Shown: in pieces, positions 36,041 through 45,170 of the stretch
Layout of the letters: each line of letters starts with the position of its first letter
How positions within the stretch are numbered: the stretch's first letter is position 1
Assembly: GCA_964550035.1 (NCBI GenBank)
Contig: CAZJVU010000001.1
Coordinates: 83,990-147,989 of the forward strand
Direction of reading: 5' to 3'
Length of the DNA: 64,000 nt
From: an uncultured Candidatus Saccharibacteria bacterium
Lineage (GTDB): Bacteria > Patescibacteriota > Saccharimonadia > Saccharimonadales > EFPC-124
The notes under the pieces: model-generated
Seen by the model: the letters and a program-made list of their open reading frames with translations, nothing else
What the model was told of the DNA's origin: nothing
Databases searched by the model: none
Program-made: the position numbers and the translations under genes

Positions 36041-36238
36041 GTGGTCGTTGTGTTTGGGTTGATCATGGCGTCTCTCGGCTTCGGCCTCATCGTCGGTCTC
36101 TTCGGTGGTGCTTTCCGCGTCGCGAATGCCCACGACTGGGGCTACATCGTCCGATTCTGGCCGTCCTTCGTGATGTGCGCCGTACCGACCGTGGTGCTGA
36201 TGTTCCTCATCGGAGGGCTCATGCTTCTTCTCCACTGA
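36041..36238 (+). CDS. 65-aa two-TM membrane protein (high-GC3 unit 8)
   Basis: GTG start after GAAGGGAAG. 52 of 65 codons end in G/C (hand count). Hairpin follows. Confidence 0.5.
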   Translation: MVVVFGLIMASLGFGLIVGLFGGAFRVANAHDWGYIVRFWPSFVMCAVPTVVLMFLIGGLMLLLH

Positions 36239-36244
36239 TCGTCC

Positions 36245-36274
36245 GGCTTGGGCGGGGTAACTCCCGCTCAAGCC
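36245..36274 (+). terminator. GC-rich hairpin
   Basis: GGCTTGGGCGGG/CCCGCTCAAGCC. Confidence 0.55.
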
Positions 36275-36290
36275 ATACAGCTTCCGTAAA

Positions 36291-36326
36291 CCACAAAACC
36301 ACGCATTATGCGTGGTTTCTTTGTGG
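36291..36326. terminator. hairpin, probable terminator of the sortase gene
   Basis: CCACAAAACCACGC/GCGTGGTTTCTTTGTGG. Confidence 0.55.
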
Positions 36327-36344
36327 CTGAGGGTGGGGGGTAGG

Positions 36345-36953
36345 TTAGACCTTTTCAACCTTCGTAAAGTCGAGGATGAAGAAACGGCGGCTTTCCGAGA
36401 AGGCACCGACGCACGTCTGCAGCAGCAGGCGAGGCGAGCCTTCGTACGAGAGGACGTTCGTCGTCTGAGGGGTGACGGTCTCGGTTTCCTTGAGCGTATA
36501 GGTGAACTTGTAGCCGTTGCTGGTGTAGACTTCGACGACCTGGCCGACCTTCATGTTCAACAGTTTACCGAACACACGCTGCGTAGCGTGGCCGTAGATG
36601 AACGTCTGGCCGGACTTGTCGTTTGGCTCAGTAGTCATAGCGGCAAACATAGCTTTATCGTCGTAGAGCGTCCAGTCACCAGATGATTTGTCGTAGAAAC
36701 CATCAACAACTGACATATCCACACCAACAGATGGCGAGACGACACGAACGGGGTGACCACTGATAGATTCAGGGGCCGGCTCGGTTTTTTTCACCTCTGT
36801 CACAGGGGTTGCAACCTGGGAAGAATTCGATTCAGCAAAAGCAGTGGTAGCGCCACTGTTAAAGAGGGCGGGGATCAAGCCCATCAGTCCAATGACTGTG
36901 AGCGCAACACCAGCAATAGCAATATTTGGAGGGGTTAAAAACTTCTTCTTCAT
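36345..36953 (-). CDS. sortase (catalytically complete)
   Basis: TM anchor, TFIYGH histidine motif, LLLQTC cysteine motif and downstream Arg. ATG at 36953 follows AAGGGAG. Confidence 0.85.
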   Translation of the reverse strand: MKKKFLTPPNIAIAGVALTVIGLMGLIPALFNSGATTAFAESNSSQVATPVTEVKKTEPAPESISGHPVRVVSPSVGVDMSVVDGFYDKSSGDWTLYDDKAMFAAMTTEPNDKSGQTFIYGHATQRVFGKLLNMKVGQVVEVYTSNGYKFTYTLKETETVTPQTTNVLSYEGSPRLLLQTCVGAFSESRRFFILDFTKVEKV

Positions 36954-37057
36954 CACAAACTCCCTTGAGGTGGGGTATACGAATACTATACCATAGTATG
37001 TCAATAATGTAAATACCTTTTATGCTTATCACCGGACGTGGTAAGCTCTAGATAACC

Positions 37058-37891
37058 ATGAGCGCTTTTTCTTCTTTAAAGATACGTCGACGTGGGGCAG
37101 CGCTCGCCCTGGCTTTTGGCGTCTCGCTGATGTTAGCACCTCTGGCAAGTGCGCAGTCGAATGGTTCGTTAGCTCAGGGGTACGCAGTGAGTACTGACAG
37201 GGGTCAGATCGTATCTGGGGCGCTGGTGAGCCTCAAATCTGACTCGCAGAGCGTCGAATTGGCAGCAACGGACACCGTGGATCGCCTTGTTGGCGTGGTT
37301 GATCAGAAGCCGCTGGTCGTCATATCGGGTAATGCGCAGGAGTCGCAAATCGTCTTAAGCGGTACGACCGCGGTGCTCGTGAGCGATATCAACGGTACTA
37401 TTAAGGCTGGCGACAAAGTGACTGCCTCGCCGATTGCCGGGGTTGGCATGCGTGCGACGACAGATGCGCGGATTGTTGGCGGGGCGCAAACCGACTTCGA
37501 TACAGGAAAGGCTCAGACGCAAACCATCACTGACATTCATGGCGCCTCACATGAGGTACACGTCGGATATATTCAGCTCCAGGTAGGGCTTGCGAACTAT
37601 CAAGCACCGGGGAGTAATTTCTTGCCACCATTTGTACAGAATATCGCTAACAGCGTCGCGGGGCGGCAGGTATCGCTGATACGAGTGGTCTTTGCGACGA
37701 TTTTGCTTCTGTTTAGCTTTGTGAGTATTGCGATTCTTATATCCAGCTCAATCCGTTCAGCCATGATCTCGCTCGGGCGCAACCCACTGGCGGCGAGCAA
37801 TATTCGTAAAAGCATTTACCAAGTCGGTGGCGTAACGTTGCTGGTGCTGGGCGCTACTCTGGTAGCGTGTTATCTTATCCTGATTTTGTAG
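37058..37891 (+). CDS. secreted/membrane protein of unknown function (signal peptide plus C-terminal two-TM hairpin)
   Basis: Signal peptide ..APLASAQS. C-terminal helices flank a GRNPLA loop. Confidence 0.65.
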   Translation: MSAFSSLKIRRRGAALALAFGVSLMLAPLASAQSNGSLAQGYAVSTDRGQIVSGALVSLKSDSQSVELAATDTVDRLVGVVDQKPLVVISGNAQESQIVLSGTTAVLVSDINGTIKAGDKVTASPIAGVGMRATTDARIVGGAQTDFDTGKAQTQTITDIHGASHEVHVGYIQLQVGLANYQAPGSNFLPPFVQNIANSVAGRQVSLIRVVFATILLLFSFVSIAILISSSIRSAMISLGRNPLAASNIRKSIYQVGGVTLLVLGATLVACYLILIL

Positions 37892-37978
37892 ATAAGCGCA
37901 AGCAAGTTCTTGCCTTTTTGCCTCGCCTCATTGTAAAATAAACATAACAACTGAGGTTGGGTTTTTAAAACAAACAAA

Positions 37979-40219
37979 ATGCAAAACGAGCGCTCCTTCG
38001 ACGTAGCGCCAGACCCTTCGGTCCAACAAACAGGGACCGCGACGGCTGGCACGTCGCCTTCCCAGGCGATCCCTCTTCGGGTGGCGCCTCCACCTCAGGG
38101 GACGCCCATCCCACCACGCGCCCCTTCATATACTGCACCAGCACAGGCACGGCGCAGCTTGTGGCGGTTTATTGCGATTGGACTCGTCGTCATTGTGGCG
38201 TTGGTTGGTGGCATTATCGCGCTGTTTACGCAGCTTAGTCGTCAGCAGCAAGTCCAATCCGGTGAGTACAATGTCTTGAAAGTACCTCTCACGAGCTTTG
38301 CGGGCAAAGGTGTCCCGCTCCAGAATGCAACCAGCCTGAAGGTGAATGGTCAACTCGACATCAGCCAGTCGGTACGGTTTACTCCTTCGACACAGCCCAA
38401 GAACCCGCTTGCCGGCCAACTCTACTTCGACCAAGCGTCGAGTAAGCTGCTGTACTACGACGGCCAGCAATTCATAAGTGTCGGATCTTCGAATACGACC
38501 GTAAACAACACCACGAATACGACCGGCGGCGCTATCACGACGAATGTCACTAATGTGCTGGGCGGCTCTGGCAACTCACAGTTTGGTGTGGAGCTACAGT
38601 CAGCGGCGCCAGGCGTGCAGCAGGTGGGCAACTTTAACGTTTCAGGGACGGGGCAGGTCGGTAACCTGAAGACATCATTGATTGATCCAGATAATGGCAC
38701 ATTGGTGGTTAAGGCGCCGACATTTAGCGTGCAGAATTCGATCGGACAGAGTGTTATTACCTCGAATACAAGCGGAATTACCGTCACGACCACTCCGGCT
38801 AGCGGCGTAACCGGCGATATAACGATCAAGAGCGGGGATTCGTCTACCACGGCTTCGGGCGATGTTACTGTCGACGCTGGAGCGGGGTTTGTATCTGGTA
38901 CGGTTGTTGGAAATAAGACTTTTGAGAGCGGGCTCGACAACATGACGCCTTGGTTTGGCAGCACGATTGCGCAGTCGTCGGCACAGGCGCACAGCGGCGT
39001 CGAGAGTTTGCAGATGACGACAACAGGTGGATTCTGGGGCGTCATAGAAGGCGTCAATAATCAGATGGCGCCGGCTGTGCCTGGGCACAGCTATCACTTT
39101 AGTCTGTGGGTACGCGCAGCTACGACGCCTCGAACAGTTGGCGCAACGATTGTTTGGAATGGTGGCTCCGGGACGATTCCTCTGCAGCCAGTCGTAGACA
39201 GCACAACCGGTTGGATCGAAATGACCGGTAATGGCGTGGCACCGGCGGGCACAACCGGTGCGTATTGGGAAGTTTCGGGAAGCGGTACGTCAGCTGGCGA
39301 AGTGCATTACTTCGACGACATGGTCGTTACCGACCTCAGTTCTTCGAGCGCGACGTCAGTTCTGAACCTTGGTAATACGAACGCGCAGATCGTGAACATC
39401 GGCAATATGAATCAGATTGGCGCAACGACCATAAAAGGCGGCAGTGGCGTCGATATCCAGAGTGGACAGAGCGGCATCACGCTGACTGGTGGAGCTATCA
39501 ACCTCACCGGAAGCGCGGCTTCGACACTGAGCACGACTGGTGGCGCCTTGACTGTCAATTCTGCCACGACCGCAAGCTGGGGTGTCTCGACTGCAACGTC
39601 AGGAGTGGGCGGTAATCTCACGCTCCATGGTGGTAATGGAGCTACCGGCGGTGCAAATAATGGTGGCGACCTCGTCCTGCAGGGCGGCAACCAGAATGGT
39701 GGTGGCATCGGAGGTAGCGTGGTGGTCAAGCCTCAGGCAGATTCGGCTCAGGCGTTTCAGGTTCAGAACAGCACGGGCGTACAGCTGCTTGTGGCTGACA
39801 CAACGGCCATGAAACTCTCTGTTACCGGCACCGCGACGACCTTTGCATCGCTGACGCTTGCCAACGCGCACTTTGGTTCGACGCAAACTAACCCGCCAAC
39901 GATCGCCACGCCAACTAACTGTGGCACCACGCCAACGGCGGCCGTTACGGCTGGTTCCACTGACTCTGCGGGTTCATTTACCATTACGACTGGGACGGGC
40001 GGGACATCATCGACGTGCGACACGGTGTTTACGTTCAATAAGCCATACGGCGCTGCACCGAAATCTATTATCGTCGTGGGCAAAACCGATGCCGCATCTG
40101 CCGCGCGCCAAGCCTACGTGGTCTCGTCGAACGCGACGAGCTTTACGGTCAGCTTTGGCGCAAGTGCGGCGGGCGCCAATAGCACGACATATAACTTCAG
40201 CTATTGGATCATCGAATGA
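37979..40219 (+). CDS. large N-terminally anchored surface protein with CBM4/9-like module and Gly/Thr/Ser-rich beta-repeats
   Basis: Pro-rich cytoplasmic head and a TM helix. FESGLDNMTPWFGSTIAQSSAQAHSG..GHSYHFSLWVRA resembles the CBM of 21397..23907. Confidence 0.7.
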   Translation: MQNERSFDVAPDPSVQQTGTATAGTSPSQAIPLRVAPPPQGTPIPPRAPSYTAPAQARRSLWRFIAIGLVVIVALVGGIIALFTQLSRQQQVQSGEYNVLKVPLTSFAGKGVPLQNATSLKVNGQLDISQSVRFTPSTQPKNPLAGQLYFDQASSKLLYYDGQQFISVGSSNTTVNNTTNTTGGAITTNVTNVLGGSGNSQFGVELQSAAPGVQQVGNFNVSGTGQVGNLKTSLIDPDNGTLVVKAPTFSVQNSIGQSVITSNTSGITVTTTPASGVTGDITIKSGDSSTTASGDVTVDAGAGFVSGTVVGNKTFESGLDNMTPWFGSTIAQSSAQAHSGVESLQMTTTGGFWGVIEGVNNQMAPAVPGHSYHFSLWVRAATTPRTVGATIVWNGGSGTIPLQPVVDSTTGWIEMTGNGVAPAGTTGAYWEVSGSGTSAGEVHYFDDMVVTDLSSSSATSVLNLGNTNAQIVNIGNMNQIGATTIKGGSGVDIQSGQSGITLTGGAINLTGSAASTLSTTGGALTVNSATTASWGVSTATSGVGGNLTLHGGNGATGGANNGGDLVLQGGNQNGGGIGGSVVVKPQADSAQAFQVQNSTGVQLLVADTTAMKLSVTGTATTFASLTLANAHFGSTQTNPPTIATPTNCGTTPTAAVTAGSTDSAGSFTITTGTGGTSSTCDTVFTFNKPYGAAPKSIIVVGKTDAASAARQAYVVSSNATSFTVSFGASAAGANSTTYNFSYWIIE

Positions 40220-40965
40220 GCGTTCCGTCGCTGCACGTTCCGGCGCGGGTTCGTCAGATTGCAGGAGAGCCGAACTGGTACGACCATCTTGACCTAATAC
40301 GGAGCTGCTTGTCGCTCGGATCACTAGCAGTGGATGCGAGTAAGAAGCCAGGCGAACAAGCTTCGCAGCTCACGCTCACGCTTTTTACGCAGCTGCTCAA
40401 GGAGGGCGCCGCGACACTCGGAGAGGCAGGACCAAACTGGGACGTCGAGCGCCAGGCGATCGATACGGTTGTCGTGCATCATACCTCTCGGCCAGCACCG
40501 ATGGACTTGTCGCAGCTGAACGCCATGCACCTCCTGAATCTCTATGTGCCAAAGTACCGCAATCCTGGCCCCGACCTCGAGATTATTGGTGGCACGCCGG
40601 TGTATTCGGGCCATGCAGATCAAGCCGGAAGGCAGGTGTTTTACGGCTATCATTGGCTGATTCGGGAAGATGGTTCAAGAGAGCGCCTGCTGGATGATGC
40701 GGCGATCGGCTGGCATTCGGGCGATTGGGAGACGAATGCGCGGAGTGTTGCGGTGTGCTTTGACGGCGACTTTGAGACCGGTCGGCCACCGCAGGCTGCG
40801 CTGGACTCGGCGGCTGAGCTCATAGCTGAGCAGTATGCGGGCGTTGTATCGACCAGAATTTTGGGGCACAACGCTGTCGTGCAGACGGTTTGTCCCGGTA
40901 ACGACTTTAGTTTGTGGGGCGAAGAGCTCCGCGCACTGGTCGATGCCACCCGGGCAACTTCTTAA
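40216..40965 (+). CDS. N-acetylmuramoyl-L-alanine amidase (Amidase_2/PGRP fold)
   Basis: VVVHHTS, GYHWLIREDG, GWHSGDWETNARSVAVCFDG and LGHNAV..CPGN. ATGA overlap with the upstream stop. Confidence 0.8.
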   Translation: MSVPSLHVPARVRQIAGEPNWYDHLDLIRSCLSLGSLAVDASKKPGEQASQLTLTLFTQLLKEGAATLGEAGPNWDVERQAIDTVVVHHTSRPAPMDLSQLNAMHLLNLYVPKYRNPGPDLEIIGGTPVYSGHADQAGRQVFYGYHWLIREDGSRERLLDDAAIGWHSGDWETNARSVAVCFDGDFETGRPPQAALDSAAELIAEQYAGVVSTRILGHNAVVQTVCPGNDFSLWGEELRALVDATRATS

Positions 40966-42488
40966 ATTTCGCGGAATACTTCGATACTAGCGCCAAGCTC
41001 GTTGAGTCGAGCGGCGAGATCTTCATAGCCACGGCTGATGCTGTACACATTGCGCAGGATAGATGTACCAGGGGCGGCCAACATGCCGATCAGTACCAAC
41101 ACGGCTGGGCGCAGCGCTGGCGGGCAGATGACTTCGGCGGCTTTCCACTTGGTTGGGCCAGTTACATAGGCACGGTGCACATCGGCGAGCTGGACGTTGG
41201 CGTTGAGCTTGGTGAGCTCGGTGTAGTAGATGGCGCGATTTTCGTAGCTCCAGTCGTGGATGAGCGTGCGGCCTTCGGCTGTCGCGGCGATAGGTACAAA
41301 GTAGGGCAGGTTGTCCATGTTCATGCCTGGCGCATCGTGGGCTTCGAGCTTGTCTTCTGGGGCAATGAGCTGTGGTGATTCGTGGCACTGGATATCGACG
41401 AGCGTCACCTTGCCGTTATCTGACTTGTATTCAGGCCCCACGGTGAAGTACATGCCCATTTTCTCAAGCTTGAGCAGCTCGAGGTCGAGAAAGTCGATAG
41501 GACAGCGCGTAATTTTGATAGGCGAGTTAGTCGTCGCGGCGATGCTGAGGAACGTCATGGCCTCGATAGGATCTTCGGCCGGACTATAGGTGACATTCTT
41601 GTTGATGTCTTTGATGCCGTGGATGCGGAGGCGGTCGGTGCCGATGCCTTCGATTTTGACGCCCAGCTTTTCAAGGAAATTACAGAGGTCGACAACCATG
41701 TAGTTGTATGCGGCGCGGCGGATTTCGGTGACACCTGGCGTGCGCGCAGCGGCCATAATGGCATTCTCGGTTGGTGTGTTGCCGGGCTCGTACATAACGA
41801 CACGGCCGGGAGCTTTTGGCTTGCTGTAACAGGTGTACCATCCGGTGTGAGTCTCGACGTTCAAGCCGAACTCTTCCAGTGCAAAGAGGTGTGGACGAAT
41901 GGTGCGTTCGCCAAGCTTACAGCCACCAGCGTAGGGCAGGCGGAATTCCTTAAACATGTGCATCAGTGGCGCCATGTACATGATGACGCTGCGGGTTTTG
42001 CGGCCGGCTTCGGCGTTCATCTCATCGAGCTTGAGCTTGGCGGGTGGTTTGATCTCGAGGTCGTTGTGCTCGTTGAGCCAACGTGTCTGCACGCCGATAC
42101 TATTGAGCACCTCGAGGAGTCGGTTGACTTCTTCGATACGCGGCATCCGCCTCAGCGTCGTCTTGCCTTTGTTGAGGAGCGCTGCGCACATGATAGCGAC
42201 AGCTGCGTTTTTGGAGGTTTTAACAGCAATGGTGCCATGCAGCTTGCGGCCACCTTCAATGCGAAAGTTAAGCGTGCCAGGCTTGTTGAGCGAGACGATC
42301 TCGCTGTTAAGCACGTCACTGATGCGCGCCAGCATCTCCATGCTAAGGTTCTGGCCGCCATTCTCGATACGGTTCACCGCGCTTTGGCTGGTGCCGAGCG
42401 CTTTCGCCATTTCGGCCTGAGTCAGCCCCCGATCTTGGCGGGCTTTCTGAATAAGTTTGCCTATTTTTTCCTTGTAGCTTGCATCCAT
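40962..42488 (-). CDS. murA: UDP-N-acetylglucosamine 1-carboxyvinyltransferase with N-terminal XRE-type HTH domain
   Basis: Residues 1-65: KARQDRGLTQAEMAKALGTSQSAVNRIENG. Then MurA motifs GTIAVKTSKNAAV and YAGGCKLGERTIRPH (catalytic Cys loop). Confidence 0.88.
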   Translation of the reverse strand: MDASYKEKIGKLIQKARQDRGLTQAEMAKALGTSQSAVNRIENGGQNLSMEMLARISDVLNSEIVSLNKPGTLNFRIEGGRKLHGTIAVKTSKNAAVAIMCAALLNKGKTTLRRMPRIEEVNRLLEVLNSIGVQTRWLNEHNDLEIKPPAKLKLDEMNAEAGRKTRSVIMYMAPLMHMFKEFRLPYAGGCKLGERTIRPHLFALEEFGLNVETHTGWYTCYSKPKAPGRVVMYEPGNTPTENAIMAAARTPGVTEIRRAAYNYMVVDLCNFLEKLGVKIEGIGTDRLRIHGIKDINKNVTYSPAEDPIEAMTFLSIAATTNSPIKITRCPIDFLDLELLKLEKMGMYFTVGPEYKSDNGKVTLVDIQCHESPQLIAPEDKLEAHDAPGMNMDNLPYFVPIAATAEGRTLIHDWSYENRAIYYTELTKLNANVQLADVHRAYVTGPTKWKAAEVICPPALRPAVLVLIGMLAAPGTSILRNVYSISRGYEDLAARLNELGASIEVFREI

Positions 42489-42585
42489 AATGCTTTTATT
42501 ATATCACGAATGAGATAAATGCAAGTTTTTGTCGCGCACAAGCGGCCATTTTTGACATAGTATATCTAGGTGGTACGATTGATAC

Positions 42586-42980
42586 GTTCAGAATCCCTGC
42601 TATCAAGAGGAGTCAGGATGTCCACGCGCACCATGGAGTCGCACGACAGGGTCAAGATCGTCGACGTGCGGTCCACGTACGCCAACATCGAGATCACGGC
42701 GGGCGACGGCCCCACCGTTCCGAAGGTGAAGGGTCCGCGCTCGATGATCGGCCTGGTGCACTGCAACGCGCTGCCGGTGAAGAAGGGCGTCACGCTGATC
42801 GTGTCCAACGTGGAGAAGCCGGTCGGTGACGCCGTGGAGCACACGGTGACCAAGAAGGCGCCGTTCCGCTCCGCTCCGCCCATGGCGGGAGTCACGATCA
42901 CGATGACCGTGGAGCCGGGCACGATCGTGCAGAGCTGAATACCAGCGGTGGCTCGGTCGGGTACCTCGCCCGACCGAGCC
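42586..42980 (+). repeat. cassette copy 1 (conserved 5' leader + diverged CDS + conserved hairpin)
   Basis: GTTCAGAATCCC at 42586 and the 42-nt block CCAGCGGTGGCTCGGTCGGG.ACCTCGCC.GACCGAGCCCCG (40/42 identical to copy 2). Confidence 0.75.
42618..42938 (+). CDS. hypothetical protein, cassette paralogue 1 (high-GC3 unit 9)
   Basis: AGAGGAG SD. Only 5 of 106 sense codons end in A/T (hand count). Confidence 0.7.
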   Translation: MSTRTMESHDRVKIVDVRSTYANIEITAGDGPTVPKVKGPRSMIGLVHCNALPVKKGVTLIVSNVEKPVGDAVEHTVTKKAPFRSAPPMAGVTITMTVEPGTIVQS

Positions 42981-43017
42981 CCGTTGCGAAAAATCAGAAA
43001 GATGCTATTATAGTTTT

Positions 43018-43418
43018 GTTCAGAATCCCCGATCTCGAGGAGTTGAGTCGTGAGCGAATACAGGTTGGGCCGGTTCAAGGAGGTGGGGGTGGTGGACGTT
43101 CGCAGACTGAACGCCCAGGTCAAGATTTTCCCCAGCGGACAGGGCATCACCGACCCGCTCGTCACCGGTCCTCCCGTGAGGATCCGTCGCGTGACGACCA
43201 CCGTGACGCGCAACGAAAAGGACGGCAAGAAGCTGGTCCTGACCAACAGCAAGGCGCAGGCCGGCGGTGATCCGCAGGTCACAGTGATCACGGACAAACC
43301 GTTCGAACGCCTCGACTCGGGCGCGCCGATCATGGTCGAACTGTTCGTCCGACCCGGCACACGCGTCTTCCACTGAACGCCAGCGGTGGCTCGGTCGGGC
43401 ACCTCGCCTGACCGAGCC
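43018..43418 (+). repeat. cassette copy 2
   Basis: Same GTTCAGAATCCC leader (43018) and same 3' hairpin block (43388-43418). Confidence 0.75.
43050..43376 (+). CDS. hypothetical protein, cassette paralogue 2 (high-GC3 unit 10)
   Basis: GTG start after GAGGAG. Shares V.VVDVR near the N-terminus and PF...V.PGT.V at the C-terminus with 42618..42938. Confidence 0.65.
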   Translation: MSEYRLGRFKEVGVVDVRRLNAQVKIFPSGQGITDPLVTGPPVRIRRVTTTVTRNEKDGKKLVLTNSKAQAGGDPQVTVITDKPFERLDSGAPIMVELFVRPGTRVFH

Positions 43419-43507
43419 CCGCGGCACACTATAGTGATACAATGAACTTATGATCTAATAGAACTCGCATCAACCAGAGTTACTAAACTTTATACGGAGA
43501 TTAACCG

Positions 43508-44785
43508 ATGAAAGATGCGGATGTTGCACGACTTATAGAAGCAGAAGAAAAGCGCCAGCGCGAGGGACTTGAACTTATACCGTCCGAGAATTACGTCAGC
43601 CGCGATGTACTGACGGCGATGGGGAGTGTCTTTACGAACAAGTATTCCGAAGGCTTCCCAGGCCGGCGCTACTACGGCGGCCAAGAAAACACCGATCAGA
43701 TCGAGACGCTGGCAATCGAACGCGCGAAGAAGCTTTTCGGTGCTGATCACGTAAATGTTCAACCGCTGAGTGGCGCGCAGGCCAACGAAGCTGCCTACCA
43801 CGCCTGGATGGAACCGGGCGACACGATCCTCGGTATGGAGCTCAGCCATGGTGGCCACCTGACGCACGGTCGGCCGGGTACGGTGCTGGCGAAGCTGTTT
43901 AACTTTGTGCGCTATGGCATGAAGGACGTGGAAACCGGCGAGATCGACTACGACCAGCTGCGCGATCTGGCGCTGAAGCACAAGCCAAAGATGATTCTAG
44001 CGGGCTTTAGCAGCTTCCCGCGTGAGCTCGACTACCAGAAGTTTGCAGATATCGCGAACGAAGTCGGCGCGGTGGCCATCATGGATATGGCGCACATCGC
44101 CGGGCTCATCGCCGGCAAAGCGCTGAAGAACCCGTTCGACTACGGCTTCCATATGGTTACGACTACGACACACAAGACGCTTCGCGGTCCTCGGGGTGGC
44201 ATGATTTTGACCAAGGGCACAGTCGGCAACCCACTGAAGGCGCCAGAGAAGACGATCGAGAATCTGCCGACGCTTGTCGACCGAACCGTATTCCCGGGTG
44301 TGCAAGGCGGTCCACACATGCACGTCATCGCGGCAAAGGCAGTGGCATTTGGCGAAGCGAACACGCCGGAGTTCGAAGCGTACGCCGAGCAAGTCCTGAA
44401 GAACGCAAAGGTCTTGGCCAGTGAGCTCATGAAGCGAAACTTCAAGCTCATCACCAACGGTACTGACAATCACATGGTGGTCGCTGATGTGCAAACCAGC
44501 TTTGGCATGCATGGCGGCGAAGCTGAGGCCGCGCTCGATGCGATTGGTTTGAATCTCAACAAGAACGTCATACCAGATGACCCACTCCCGCCATTCCGCC
44601 CGAGTGGTATTCGCCTCGGCACGCCGGCGATTACGACGCGTGGACTGAGGGAAGAACACATGGCGCAGATCGCCGAGTGGATGCTCGCCGCCTTGCAGGC
44701 AAAGGGCGACGAAAAGAAACTGGCAAGCCTGAAGAGCGAGGTAGTCGACTTCGCCAGCCAGTACCCGCTGCCGAGCGACAAGTAG
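43508..44785 (+). CDS. glyA: serine hydroxymethyltransferase
   Basis: LELIPSENY, YSEGFPGRRYYGG and TTTTHKTLRGPRGG (PLP lysine). Confidence 0.95.
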   Translation: MKDADVARLIEAEEKRQREGLELIPSENYVSRDVLTAMGSVFTNKYSEGFPGRRYYGGQENTDQIETLAIERAKKLFGADHVNVQPLSGAQANEAAYHAWMEPGDTILGMELSHGGHLTHGRPGTVLAKLFNFVRYGMKDVETGEIDYDQLRDLALKHKPKMILAGFSSFPRELDYQKFADIANEVGAVAIMDMAHIAGLIAGKALKNPFDYGFHMVTTTTHKTLRGPRGGMILTKGTVGNPLKAPEKTIENLPTLVDRTVFPGVQGGPHMHVIAAKAVAFGEANTPEFEAYAEQVLKNAKVLASELMKRNFKLITNGTDNHMVVADVQTSFGMHGGEAEAALDAIGLNLNKNVIPDDPLPPFRPSGIRLGTPAITTRGLREEHMAQIAEWMLAALQAKGDEKKLASLKSEVVDFASQYPLPSDK

Positions 44786-44786
44786 C

Positions 44787-45170
44787 ATGAAGGAATCGCT
44801 CCCTACGATATTTCAGCGTATCGAAAACGTCAGCATCGCGATGCTTGCGCTGCTGGTATATACGCGGCTCGAGTTTGCATGGTGGTGGCTGCCGATTTTG
44901 TTCATAGCTTTTGACCTATCGACGCTCGGGTACATCGTGAATCCACGCATCGGCGCGATTATGTACAATGCATTTCACAACTACCTCGTGCCGGTCGGCG
45001 CACTGACGGTTGGCTATGCGATGGGTGCGACGCCGAGCTGGCTACTACTGGTCTGCTTGGTGTGGATTTTCCACATCGCAACAGACCGCGTGCTGGGGTA
45101 TGGACTGAAATATCCTGATGGGTTTGGGCACACGCATCTCGGCATAATTGGCAAGAAGGAGCGCTCATGA
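44787..45170 (+). CDS. DUF4260 family membrane protein
   Basis: W.LP..F.AFDLS.LGY..NPRIGA..YN.FHNY pattern. Confidence 0.6.
   Translation: MKESLPTIFQRIENVSIAMLALLVYTRLEFAWWWLPILFIAFDLSTLGYIVNPRIGAIMYNAFHNYLVPVGALTVGYAMGATPSWLLLVCLVWIFHIATDRVLGYGLKYPDGFGHTHLGIIGKKERS

Noticed and set aside
37600-37891. ATP-synthase c-subunit-like hairpin (GRNPLA loop) at the C-terminus of 37058..37891
   Set aside because: Resemblance is limited to a short loop between two helices. There is no conserved carboxylate-bearing helix that I could align.
41619-42518. 299-aa ORF antisense to murA
   Set aside because: murA motifs are unambiguous on the minus strand.
42566-43429. 287-aa minus-strand ORF spanning both cassette copies
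   Set aside because: It runs through two hairpins and the intergenic promoter. The plus-strand frames have SDs and extreme GC3 periodicity.
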